Below, piece by piece: positions 8,895 through 17,249 of a stretch of DNA of 50,068 bases (positions are counted from its first letter, which is position 1; every line of letters begins with the position of its first letter). This stretch comes from an uncultured Dehalococcoidia bacterium (GTDB taxonomy: Bacteria; Chloroflexota; Dehalococcoidia; SZUA-161), in assembly GCA_964449845.1 (NCBI GenBank), contig CAYVES010000004.1:1-50068 (forward strand). The letters run 5' to 3'. The notes under the pieces were generated by a model that saw nothing but the letters and a program-made list of their open reading frames with translations, had not been told where the DNA came from and searched no databases. Both the position numbers and the translations under genes were made by a program.

Positions 8895-9320
8895 TCATTT
8901 CCTTCTCTTGTGGGCGTTCTCCTTGATGTAAGCCACAGATACGCTCATGGGGCTGCCGCTGGGAAACACCTCGTCAACCCCCATCTGCTTGAGCACGCTG
9001 ATATCGCGGCGGGGAACATTGCCGCCAACGACCAGCAGCCTGTCTTCCAGGCCGTGGGCCTTTATCTGATCGACCATCATCCTGACCAAGGGAATATGGT
9101 CTGCCCCCTGGAAGCTCAGCCCGATGACATCCACATCCTCCTCAATGGCTGCGCGGGCCATGCGCTCTGCTGTCTGGTGAGTGCCTATGTAGACTACCTC
9201 CATACCAGCTTTGGACAGCCATGTGGCGATCATCCTTATCCCTCTGTCGTGGCCGTCGAGGCCGATCTTGCCGAGCAATACACGCGTCTTCTGTTCAGCC
9301 ATAAGCCGTCCTTCGCCCAA
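8895..9320 (-). CDS. Acyl-CoA mutase small subunit (cobalamin-binding domain)
   Basis: Has RVLLGKIGLDGHDRG (canonical DxHxxG), VIGLSFQ and VVGGNVP. Its stop lies 1 nt before the large-subunit start. The real start may be the internal ATG at 9302 (MAEQKTRV). Confidence 0.88.
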   Translation of the reverse strand: MGEGRLMAEQKTRVLLGKIGLDGHDRGIRMIATWLSKAGMEVVYIGTHQTAERMARAAIEEDVDVIGLSFQGADHIPLVRMMVDQIKAHGLEDRLLVVGGNVPRRDISVLKQMGVDEVFPSGSPMSVSVAYIKENAHKRRK

Positions 9321-9380
9321 CCCTTGGCAAGTCGGATTTTACCACAAGAGGGAGGAATCTGCCAACACGTTGTATTCGGC

Positions 9381-9429
9381 CACCCTCACCTTATTCCTCT
9401 CCCTTCAAGGGAGAGGCTAGGTGAGGGTG
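9381..9429. repeat. 49-nt nested perfect palindrome (REP-like hairpin) in a divergent intergenic region
   Basis: CACCCTCACCT-tattc-CTCTCCC-ttca-AGGGAGAG-gct-AGGTGAGGGTG. It has an outer 11-bp stem and an inner 7-bp stem, and lies between the divergent starts at 9320 (-) and 9638 (+). Confidence 0.7.
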
Positions 9430-9637
9430 TTTCTCAGTGTCACAAAGGGATAAGGTGTCACTCGTCTTTCTGAACGAGACCACCACGTCTCTAGATTTGG
9501 CTGCGGGGCTGGTTTGGGCTTGCCAGAGACCTTGACAGCCAGCAAGCGGGGCTCTTAACATAGTCAGAGAAGCAGGTATCGGAAATCTCTGCTTGGAGCA
9601 TCGACCGTTTGAAGCAGAAAGTACGAAGGGAAGTACG

Positions 9638-10972
9638 ATGTATGATGTTGCAGTTGTGAAGTATGAGAAGCCCTTTGAATCATTGAGGAAAGCGGTGGAT
9701 TTGGCGGGAGGTCTTGGAGGCCTCTCCCGCGATTCAAACGTGTTCATTAAGCCCAACTTCTGTTTGTGGCACGAAGGGTCGAGGTTTCCCAAGTATGGCG
9801 TCTTGACAACGGCACGAATGATTGAAGATATGGTGGTCCTCTTGAAAGAGCATGGAGTCAAAGATATTACTATACTGGAGGGTATCGTTGAAGTCGAGAG
9901 GAAATCCGAATCAACGCTTCAACTGGTGGCCAAAGGCATGGGACTTGATGTCCTTGCGGAACGCTATGGCGTAAAGATACTCGATGTAATGAGGGGCTCT
10001 TTTGCCAAGGTCACTGCAGGTGACGTGACGCTGTCAGTTAACAGAGATATCCTTGATGCTGACTACGTTATCAATATGCCGGTGCTGAAAACGCATACTC
10101 AAGCTATAGTGTCTCTCGGGATTAAGAATCTGAAGGGTGTGCTCAATATCGCCTCCAGAAAGAGATGCCACAATGCAGACCACAGTATCGATCTGGATTA
10201 CCATCTCGCCAAATTACCTAGTATGCTTTCGCCGTCCCTTACCATTCTGGATGGTATCTATACCCTGGAAAGAGGGCCCCTCTATACCGGTAGAGCGCAC
10301 CGATCAAACATCATCATTGTTTCAAGAGACCTTATCTCTGCCGATAAGGTAGGGGCCACAATCTTGGGTCTTGCGCCCCCAAGCATCCCTTATATAGCTT
10401 TGGCAGCCGAGAACAATGGTCGACCGACCGACCTGAGTGACGTAGATATCAAAGGGGAAGTTGACATAAAGACTGAGTTGAGACCTCATAAGTGGGAATT
10501 TGAGCAGAATGAATCGGGCGATCTGCCACTATTCTTTGAACGGGCGGGAATAAAAGGCCTGACCTTCCCACAGGCGGATAACACTATGTGCACATACTGC
10601 TCGGCATCTATCTATTATGTAATTTGGGGTATCTTGATGGCGAAGAATAGAGACAAGCCTTTCGACGATATCGAAATACTCCACGGCAAAGTCCATGAAC
10701 CTACGGAAGGACACAAACACACCTTACTCGTTGGTCAATGTCAGGTGAAGAGAAACAGTGAACATCGGTTGATAAATCATTGCGTGAAAATAAACGGGTG
10801 CCCGCCGAGCAGAAAGGACCTTGTTGAAGCGTATAGAGAACTCGGAATTGAATTGCCTGACAATTTCATGGAATGGATGGAAAGAATGCCGGCGACTTTT
10901 ATGACGAAATACATGGATAAACCGGAGTTCGACGAGGCATTCTACAGGATTGTTGGATGTCAAGCTCAATAG
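9638..10972 (+). CDS. DUF362-like protein
   Basis: MYDVAVVKYEKPFESLRKAVDLAGGL...VFIKPNF matches the usual DUF362 N-terminus. A Cys-rich segment (CTYCSAS...GQCQV...INGCPP) follows. The ATG at 9638 is preferred over the TTG at 9593. Confidence 0.65.
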   Translation: MYDVAVVKYEKPFESLRKAVDLAGGLGGLSRDSNVFIKPNFCLWHEGSRFPKYGVLTTARMIEDMVVLLKEHGVKDITILEGIVEVERKSESTLQLVAKGMGLDVLAERYGVKILDVMRGSFAKVTAGDVTLSVNRDILDADYVINMPVLKTHTQAIVSLGIKNLKGVLNIASRKRCHNADHSIDLDYHLAKLPSMLSPSLTILDGIYTLERGPLYTGRAHRSNIIIVSRDLISADKVGATILGLAPPSIPYIALAAENNGRPTDLSDVDIKGEVDIKTELRPHKWEFEQNESGDLPLFFERAGIKGLTFPQADNTMCTYCSASIYYVIWGILMAKNRDKPFDDIEILHGKVHEPTEGHKHTLLVGQCQVKRNSEHRLINHCVKINGCPPSRKDLVEAYRELGIELPDNFMEWMERMPATFMTKYMDKPEFDEAFYRIVGCQAQ

Positions 10973-11116
10973 CCCGGGTGCAGTCGGCGATGGCCTGCTC
11001 GTTCTCCCTCGATTAGATTACTGGAAATCGAACTGAAGACGAGATGGATTGCGCGACACGCACACCAAGCGCTCTACGAACGCTTCCTTCCCGAATGCCG
11101 GCTCAAAACGGGCTGC

Positions 11117-11716
11117 CTATTTGGGAGACCTACTCCTGTAGAGTCCTGAATCCACGGCTCTGATCGCCCGTTCGAAGTCGCAGGTCTGGCCGAGGAAACG
11201 GCCCACCTTCTCTATCTCTCTCCTGGGATTGCCTATAATGTCACGGTAATCGACGGTGACGTATTCCATGTCGTCACGGCGGTCCATCAAGTCAAAGGCA
11301 AATCTGTTGAGCTTCCTAAGTGATGCTCGGTCTTTTCCCCTGTCAATGGGGACGCCCATTTTCTGCGTCGAATCCAGAACTTCGTCGATGTTCCGCAGCA
11401 TGTAGATTATCTTGTAGTTCCCCTTGGACAAGAACTTCAGCCCGTATGCAGTTATCTTGACAATTCGCCCTTTGTTTGACGCCAGGTCGAAGGTGCCGTC
11501 CATCAGACGGCTGATGATCTTCCCGCCTTCCAGTTCGTAGTACCCTCGTGGGTTGTGCTCATCTGCTGCCCTGGAGTCGTCAAAGGCAACCGGCAATCCA
11601 CCCATGTGGAGCATTTGCATCATTACTGAGGTGCCGGACCGCTCCAGCCCGGACACGATGTAGTTGACACCATCATCCAGCATTTGTACACCTGCCTCTC
11701 GCTCAGTCCCCAGCAT
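11117..11716 (-). CDS. Sulfotransferase-family protein
   Basis: 199 aa. IVSGLERSGTSVMMQML resembles the PAPS 5'-phosphosulfate-binding loop, and a later RNIDEV block follows it. The start codon is uncertain. Confidence 0.55.
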   Translation of the reverse strand: MLGTEREAGVQMLDDGVNYIVSGLERSGTSVMMQMLHMGGLPVAFDDSRAADEHNPRGYYELEGGKIISRLMDGTFDLASNKGRIVKITAYGLKFLSKGNYKIIYMLRNIDEVLDSTQKMGVPIDRGKDRASLRKLNRFAFDLMDRRDDMEYVTVDYRDIIGNPRREIEKVGRFLGQTCDFERAIRAVDSGLYRSRSPK

Positions 11717-12024
11717 GTCAACGCTGACAATCTGGGCAGTCAGTCAAGCATCCCTGAAGCCGTTACCCCTTTCTTTGCCTCTTGCCAACGGTATGCAAGA
11801 GATTTGGCCGAATACCCGTCTTTCCAATGTTTGCCAGGTTCAGCCAGTAACCACTTCCAGTCGTTTGCGCTCCTAAGTTGATTTTGATACCAGAAGGGCA
11901 AAGCACCCGGGGGCACAGCAGCAAGAACGCGATAGCTTGTTGATATTCTACTGCGATAAATATACTACCACAGGAAGTCTATGGCAAGACATTGGAAACA
12001 CTAGCCTTGGAAAGGAGTGGAAGA

Positions 12025-12240
12025 ATGCCAGAAGCGTATGTGAGAGGGGGAGCCCTTCGTTTTGACAATGGGCTTTGGGGGCCCACGCCAGGCTTGGTTT
12101 TTCCAAACCCGTGCTTTCAACCGTGCTTTCAAAAAGTATTATAAGGTCGTTACGTTTGATAACAGAGGCGCTGCGTTTGGAAAAAACAGATAAGCCAAGC
12201 AGCCCCTACACCACGAAGACGATAGCGGATGATACAATGT
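12025..12240 (+). pseudogene. Decayed 5' fragment of an alpha/beta-hydrolase gene
   Basis: AAAGGAG RBS plus ATG at 12025. The reading gives MPEAYVRGGALRFDNG..., then YYKVVTFDNRGAAFGK, and after a 1-nt frame shift TDKPSSPYTTKTIADDTM. This is the xVxxxDxRGxGxSDKP...Y..xxxADD pattern. It has premature stops, a 12-nt tandem duplication (cgtgctttcaac/cgtgctttcaaa), and ends abruptly at the recombinase remnant. Confidence 0.45.
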
Positions 12241-12664
12241 AGTCCCTGTAGCCAAGCTTCATGCGGCCCTTGAGACAGGCAAGGTTGCTTTGGATGACCT
12301 GGCTCCACGATTGAAGGAACTCAGAGTCCAGCAGCGGGAACTCCAGGAGAGGCGCGATGAACTGCTGGACAAGATGAATAGTGAGAGCACTCACGTACTG
12401 GACCTCAAGGCGACACTGGAATATGCTTCAGACCTGAAAAACCTACTGAACAGTGCTTCTTTCTTGGAGCAGAAGGCATTTCTAAGGTCGTTCGCCAAGA
12501 TGGTGGAGTTCAACCTGCCTGAGGTTGCCATCGACTACACGATACCTCTACCCCTTGAGGACGGGTTGACCAGTACGAGTGAAGTTCTGCGTATCAACAA
12601 GAATGGCTCACCAAACAGGACAAAAGGTAAAACTTTTGAGAAGACTTTCGCCCTGGCCTACTGA
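12233..12664 (+). pseudogene. 3' remnant (~143 codons) of a large serine recombinase gene; catalytic N-terminal domain absent
   Basis: The open frame encodes ...ALETGKVALDDLAPRLKELRVQQRELQERRDELLDKM...EQKAFLRSFAKMVEFNLPEVAIDYTIPLP. This is the coiled-coil/C-terminal region typical of large serine recombinases. No resolvase domain lies upstream, and the frame opens right after a stop at 12230. Confidence 0.6.
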
Positions 12665-12788
12665 CGAAAGGGAGTCGCCTTAGGTGAGCTTAACTGGAAG
12701 ATATCAAGAGCTTCTAGGCTGCCATTTGCTCTCTTGCCGATTATCCAACAGAATGCACAAACGTTGAGCCAATTGCACCAAATGGACA
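12521..12788 (+). repeat. Left copy of a ~270-300-bp direct repeat (recombinase 3' end plus ~125 bp downstream)
   Basis: Aligns by eye to 44761-45058. Shared strings include ctacacgatacc, gaatggctcacca, ctgacgaaaggga(g/c)tcgccttaggt, gaagatatcaagagctt, ctcttgccgatt and gttgagccaattgcaccaaatggac. Confidence 0.8.
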
Positions 12789-12820
12789 AATGTGCAATCG
12801 TGGGAAGGGCGAATCTATTT

Positions 12821-12861
12821 GGGCTCATGATTCAGGGTAGGAGGTAGATGTTTGAGAGAAT
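12821..12861 (+). repeat. 41-bp direct repeat, copy 1 (RBS plus MFERI start)
   Basis: ggctcatgattcagggtaggaggtagatgtttgagagaatt matches 20196-20236 at 37/41 positions. Confidence 0.75.
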
Positions 12862-12946
12862 TTCGACGAACTGCCCTTCCCCTAACGGGATGGGCGAATT
12901 CCCCCTCCCCTTAATCCGCTCCCCCCAACGGAAGGGAACTACACGG

Positions 12947-13699
12947 TCACTGGTCATCACTCGCTACAGACAACCTGCGTGGCAACTGTGTACTCCCAGG
13001 CTCGCTCGATATTCTCCAGTTGAATCTCTTCTTGAACCTCTCCAGAATATCAATGGTTTTCATACCAAAAAGCCAGAGGAAGACGGCGTTACCAATTGCA
13101 TGAAAGGTATCGAACCATATGCTGGTGACCTGATACGTCAGGAATGTCCTCAACGTGAGGGGATAGATGAAGGAAGCCCAATACCATGTGTTCATTATCC
13201 ATCCATAAACATAACCGCCAACGATGCCGAAGAAAACCAGCCATATCCTCCCCAGGTGGAATCGCCTGAGATAGGCGGCGGCAACCCCCAAAAATCCCCA
13301 GGCCAACATCTGATACAGTGTCCACGGCCCTTGGCCGAGGAAGAAGTTGGAGACAAGGGCTGTTATCGCTCCAACCATAAACCCGGCCACCGGGCCGAAT
13401 ACGTATCCAGAGCACATTATGAGATAGGTACATGGCTGCACGCTAGGTATGGCAGCAAAAGGAATCCTGAGGACAGCGGATAGGGTTCCTAGCATCGCTA
13501 CAAGCGCTACTTCCTTTGAACTTATAGCCGCCGCCTCGAACTCGAAAAAGAAGGCTATGATAGCCAGCATAACAATTATGGTCGCTGCCAGCCCCCAGTT
13601 CAAAAGACCACTTGATGAGCCCGTTGAGAACAGGGGGACGACAAAAGCAGCTATCCCTGCAGCGGAAATAAGCGCTAGAAACAAGCGACTCTTCTTCAT
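12947..13699 (-). CDS. ECF transporter S (substrate-capture) component-like membrane protein
   Basis: 250 aa and polytopic. Carries LRIPFAAIPSVQPCTYLIMCSGYVFGPVAGFMVGAITALVSNFFLGQGPWTLYQMLAWG, the usual S-component core. It overlaps the ATPase gene by 4 nt. Confidence 0.6.
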   Translation of the reverse strand: MKKSRLFLALISAAGIAAFVVPLFSTGSSSGLLNWGLAATIIVMLAIIAFFFEFEAAAISSKEVALVAMLGTLSAVLRIPFAAIPSVQPCTYLIMCSGYVFGPVAGFMVGAITALVSNFFLGQGPWTLYQMLAWGFLGVAAAYLRRFHLGRIWLVFFGIVGGYVYGWIMNTWYWASFIYPLTLRTFLTYQVTSIWFDTFHAIGNAVFLWLFGMKTIDILERFKKRFNWRISSEPGSTQLPRRLSVASDDQ

Positions 13700-15372
13700 T
13701 TCAGTATGTCCAGTGCCTCGTCAACAGTCAGGATGTTATTGGGAACCCCATACTTTTCAAACGCCTGTACGAGACGGTTTATCTGAGGGGAGAAGAACAG
13801 TGCCTGCGAGAGGACGTCCCGTTTGTTACCGTCCACCACAACCCTGCCCTCGCTGAGCAACACTACCCTGTCCGCGTATTCCGCCACCGTCTCCACATCA
13901 TGGGTGACCAGAACTACAGTGTTACCATTCTCCTTGTATCTACGCAGGAAGCGCATCAGATCGCTCTTGAGCCTGTATTCCATCCCCCTGGTTGGCTCAT
14001 CCAGAATGAGCACCTCGGGCCTGGCGACAAGAACAGATGCCAAAGCGACCCTTTGTCTCTCGCCACCGCTCAACGAGCGCGGGTAATGCCTCCTGTACTC
14101 TTTCAGCTCAAACATCTCCAGCATTTCATCAACCCTCGCTGCTATCTCCGCACGATCGAACCCTAGGTTCTTCAGGATGAAGGCGATCTCTTCCTCAACA
14201 GTATCAGCGAAGAGGTGATCATTGGGATTCTGGAAGACGAAGCCAACCTTCATCGCTAGCTGAGCGATGGTAGCCCTCTGAGTGTCGATTCCAGTAACCC
14301 TCACCTTTCCCATCGTCGGCTTCAACAGGCCATTGATATGTTTGACCAGAGTTGTCTTCCCAGATGCGTTCCTGCCCATAATAGCAACGAATTCACCACC
14401 ACGTACACTCAAACCCACATTCTTCAGGGCGGCAAGCCCCTCGGGATAGACATGCCACAGCTTGTCCATCTCAATTACCGGCTTGGCATTATTAGCGCTC
14501 TTAGCCTGAGGCAATGCGCTTGCCTTTGCCCCCTTGAAGATGTCTTTCAGTATCGACCTCCCCTCCTTGACAGTCAGGGGGATGTGATCGATATCGAAAC
14601 CGTTGCTCTTTAGCCGCTGGACCATCCTGACAATCGGGGGGGCTCCGCCAACAACATTGGTTATGTCGCCATTGCACATAACTGCCCTAGGGTTCCCATC
14701 GGCAACTATTCTGCCCTCATCCAGCACTATCATCCTGTCCACGAGATGGGCCACCCTATCCAGCCGGTGTTCAACCAGTATGACCGTTATGCCCAACTCA
14801 TCATTGAGGCGCTGTACAACAGAAAGCACCTCTTCAGCGCCCTTGGGGTCCAGCTCCGAGGTAGGCTCGTCCAACACTAGAACATCCGGATGCAGCGCCA
14901 GGACAGAGGCTATGACAACCCTCTGTTTCTCGCCTCCGGAGAGTTCATGCACCTGCCTGTAGCGAAGGCCCGAGATTCCCAGCGTATCCAGAGACTCCTC
15001 CACCCTTTTGGCTATAACACCTTTGGGAAAGGCCAGGTTTTCCAGGCCGAAGGCGATCTCCCGCTCCACATCCATGGCGACAAGCTGGTTCTCAGGATCC
15101 TGGAAAATCATGCCCACCCTGGTGGCCAGCTCCTTGGTGGTGTGCTTCATCACGTCGAGACCCTGCACCTCCAAACCCCCCGCTATCTTCCCTCCATAAA
15201 AATGGGGGATCAAGCCGTTGAGGCAGCGGCAAAGGCTGGATTTGCCACAGCCAGAGGGGCCCGTCACCAGGACGAACTCGCCATCTTCAATCTCAAGATT
15301 CACATCCTGAAGAGCCGGCTTGCCGGCATCCCCGTAGTGGAAGGTTAAATCCCTTATCCTAATCAAGATCAA
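13696..15372 (-). CDS. ecfA: ECF transporter ATPase, fused EcfA-EcfA' (two ABC domains)
   Basis: 558 aa. Two Walker A motifs (GPSGCGKSS, GRNASGKTT), two LSGGxxQR signatures (LSGGEKQRV, LSGGERQRV) and two Walker B motifs (LVLDEPTS, LILDEPTR). Confidence 0.9.
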   Translation of the reverse strand: MILIRIRDLTFHYGDAGKPALQDVNLEIEDGEFVLVTGPSGCGKSSLCRCLNGLIPHFYGGKIAGGLEVQGLDVMKHTTKELATRVGMIFQDPENQLVAMDVEREIAFGLENLAFPKGVIAKRVEESLDTLGISGLRYRQVHELSGGEKQRVVIASVLALHPDVLVLDEPTSELDPKGAEEVLSVVQRLNDELGITVILVEHRLDRVAHLVDRMIVLDEGRIVADGNPRAVMCNGDITNVVGGAPPIVRMVQRLKSNGFDIDHIPLTVKEGRSILKDIFKGAKASALPQAKSANNAKPVIEMDKLWHVYPEGLAALKNVGLSVRGGEFVAIMGRNASGKTTLVKHINGLLKPTMGKVRVTGIDTQRATIAQLAMKVGFVFQNPNDHLFADTVEEEIAFILKNLGFDRAEIAARVDEMLEMFELKEYRRHYPRSLSGGERQRVALASVLVARPEVLILDEPTRGMEYRLKSDLMRFLRRYKENGNTVVLVTHDVETVAEYADRVVLLSEGRVVVDGNKRDVLSQALFFSPQINRLVQAFEKYGVPNNILTVDEALDILK

Positions 15373-16285
15373 TCCTCCTCTTCAAGAAGGCCAGGAAAAC
15401 CACCGACGATACCGTAAGCACCAGAATTGGCAGCATTGACCATTCTGGACCGCTGAGATTCATCCCTCCCAGGGTCGGGTAGTATTGATAACCGCCGTAT
15501 CCTAAGATCAACATGAGGATGCCGAGAGCACAGGGGGCAAACCCAAATATCAATGTGATGATATCGATGCGGCTCGTTCTTATGTCCTTGTACAGCGTCC
15601 TCTTCCTCCCGCTGCCAAAGGCCCTCGATTCCATCGCCTCCGCAATTTGAACCGTTCTATCCAGGGAGTTGGAGAGCAAAGGAATTATGATTGACATACG
15701 TCCTTTGATCCTTCGCGGTAGCCTCCCTTTGTCGAGTTCCAAACCCCTTGACCGCTGAACATCGGCAATCCGTCCCACATCGTCGATAAGAGTGGGAACA
15801 AACCTGGTGGCAAGCGCGGTTACCAGCACCGACTTGTAGGGCAGCTTCATCCTGATCATCGAGAGCATCATGTCGTCTGGATTTATAGTGAGAGTGAGTA
15901 TGGCAAAGGCTGAGATTATCGCCAGCAATCGTATGGACATCGCGATGCCGTAGAGAATGGCCTCCAGTGTTACTATGGGAGTGCCCATCACAGGGATGCG
16001 AAAGGGGGCTTCCGCCAGGACGTGTGAGCCATTGTAGCTAACCAGAGCGTTTACCACTATTATCGCCAGACAGAGGTAGATGGCGAACTTCATGAAAGAG
16101 GTCCACTCTTTCCACACCTGCGCTGTTATCACCAGCGGCAACGTTGACAGGAATAACAGGAATAGAAAAAGGGGATTGTCGAGGACGAGGGCAAGCACAG
16201 ACACGCTGACGACCCATGCCAGCTTGCAGAAGGGATTGAGCCTGTGGACTACTGTTCCCTTTTCTTTGTATCTGAAGCTTATCAC
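15359..16285 (-). CDS. ecfT: ECF transporter transmembrane component (EcfT/CbiQ family)
   Basis: 308 aa and polytopic. ATRFVPTLIDDVGRIADVQRSRG is the conserved coupling-helix region. It overlaps both neighbouring genes. Confidence 0.82.
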   Translation of the reverse strand: MISFRYKEKGTVVHRLNPFCKLAWVVSVSVLALVLDNPLFLFLLFLSTLPLVITAQVWKEWTSFMKFAIYLCLAIIVVNALVSYNGSHVLAEAPFRIPVMGTPIVTLEAILYGIAMSIRLLAIISAFAILTLTINPDDMMLSMIRMKLPYKSVLVTALATRFVPTLIDDVGRIADVQRSRGLELDKGRLPRRIKGRMSIIIPLLSNSLDRTVQIAEAMESRAFGSGRKRTLYKDIRTSRIDIITLIFGFAPCALGILMLILGYGGYQYYPTLGGMNLSGPEWSMLPILVLTVSSVVFLAFLKRRIDLD

Positions 16286-17229
16286 TGTGGCACCTTGATT
16301 ATTCCGCCATCTGCTACCACCACAGCACAGGCGTATTGGAACTCATCATGCCTGTTGATCAGGGTATCTACGGCGCCCTTCACCCCAGCCATGTCTGTGC
16401 CCGACACCATCCAGACCACGTTTTCGCAAACTCCAACACCATCGGGATTCCACGGGCTTTGGGTTGCCTGAATTACCCCGCTGCCAGCCCCGTACTCAGC
16501 AACTGCCTCACCCTTAGAGCTATAGACAACCATCGCGCCGTCCTCAAAGTGGACGAAGAATCCCATCCTATCCCAGACCTGGTTCAACTCCGACACCAGG
16601 CTGCAATCCAGGGTGCCGACGAGGATCAAGTTGGAGTGTTGCCTCTCGCTTTCCGTAAGATCGCTCATTCTCTTGGCTGAGGCATCGACTACACCAAGCC
16701 CCTGCAGACTGCTCTCCAGGTCTCGTGCAATCTCCTCCAGTCCGTCCTCATAAACGATCACCGTGGGATAGACTTTCCCCCCATATCCATGCAAAAAGGG
16801 CTCGGGAAAATCGCCGACGACTGCGGGGATGAACACGCGGAAGCTCCAGTCATGAAAGTCCCAGCGCTGTATGTCGCCATCACGCAGGGTGTAATCAAGC
16901 GCTCCTACATTGGCCACGATGCCGTTAACAAAGATGAACCAGTCCCTTCTATCATGCTCGGAGCGAACGTCATTTATGGCACTGACAAACCCTCCCCCGT
17001 AGGCTATCTCCACCTCCGCCACCTGCTTTAGGGCCGCCATAGCCGGGGTCCCCGGCGCCACTCCCAGCGTATCATCGAACATCAACTTCTGGCCGAAGTC
17101 CTGGGTCGCTACCACCCTGACAGTGATATTCGCACCCGTCTCACTCAGCGTCCCTGTTGAGCAGCCGCTGAGAGCAAGAGCACATAGCAGCAGTAGTATC
17201 GCTGGAGTCGGCAGTCCGCCGCGCTTCAT
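16282..17229 (-). CDS. Lipoprotein with DUF4430-like domain
   Basis: Has a lipobox (LALSGCSTG). FIFVNGIVANVGALDYTLRDGDIQRWDFHDW matches the DUF4430 signature (VNG...Y.L.DGD.I.W). Confidence 0.68.
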   Translation of the reverse strand: MKRGGLPTPAILLLLCALALSGCSTGTLSETGANITVRVVATQDFGQKLMFDDTLGVAPGTPAMAALKQVAEVEIAYGGGFVSAINDVRSEHDRRDWFIFVNGIVANVGALDYTLRDGDIQRWDFHDWSFRVFIPAVVGDFPEPFLHGYGGKVYPTVIVYEDGLEEIARDLESSLQGLGVVDASAKRMSDLTESERQHSNLILVGTLDCSLVSELNQVWDRMGFFVHFEDGAMVVYSSKGEAVAEYGAGSGVIQATQSPWNPDGVGVCENVVWMVSGTDMAGVKGAVDTLINRHDEFQYACAVVVADGGIIKVPQ

Positions 17230-17249
17230 ATCGTGCTCATCCCGTCGCC

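Noticed and set aside
12848-13483. 211-aa + strand ORF starting MFERI directly after the 41-bp repeat.
   Set aside because: Only the first five codons are conserved in the second repeat copy. The rest overlaps the ECF S-component gene on the opposite strand and has no protein-like features. It was treated as a relic start site.
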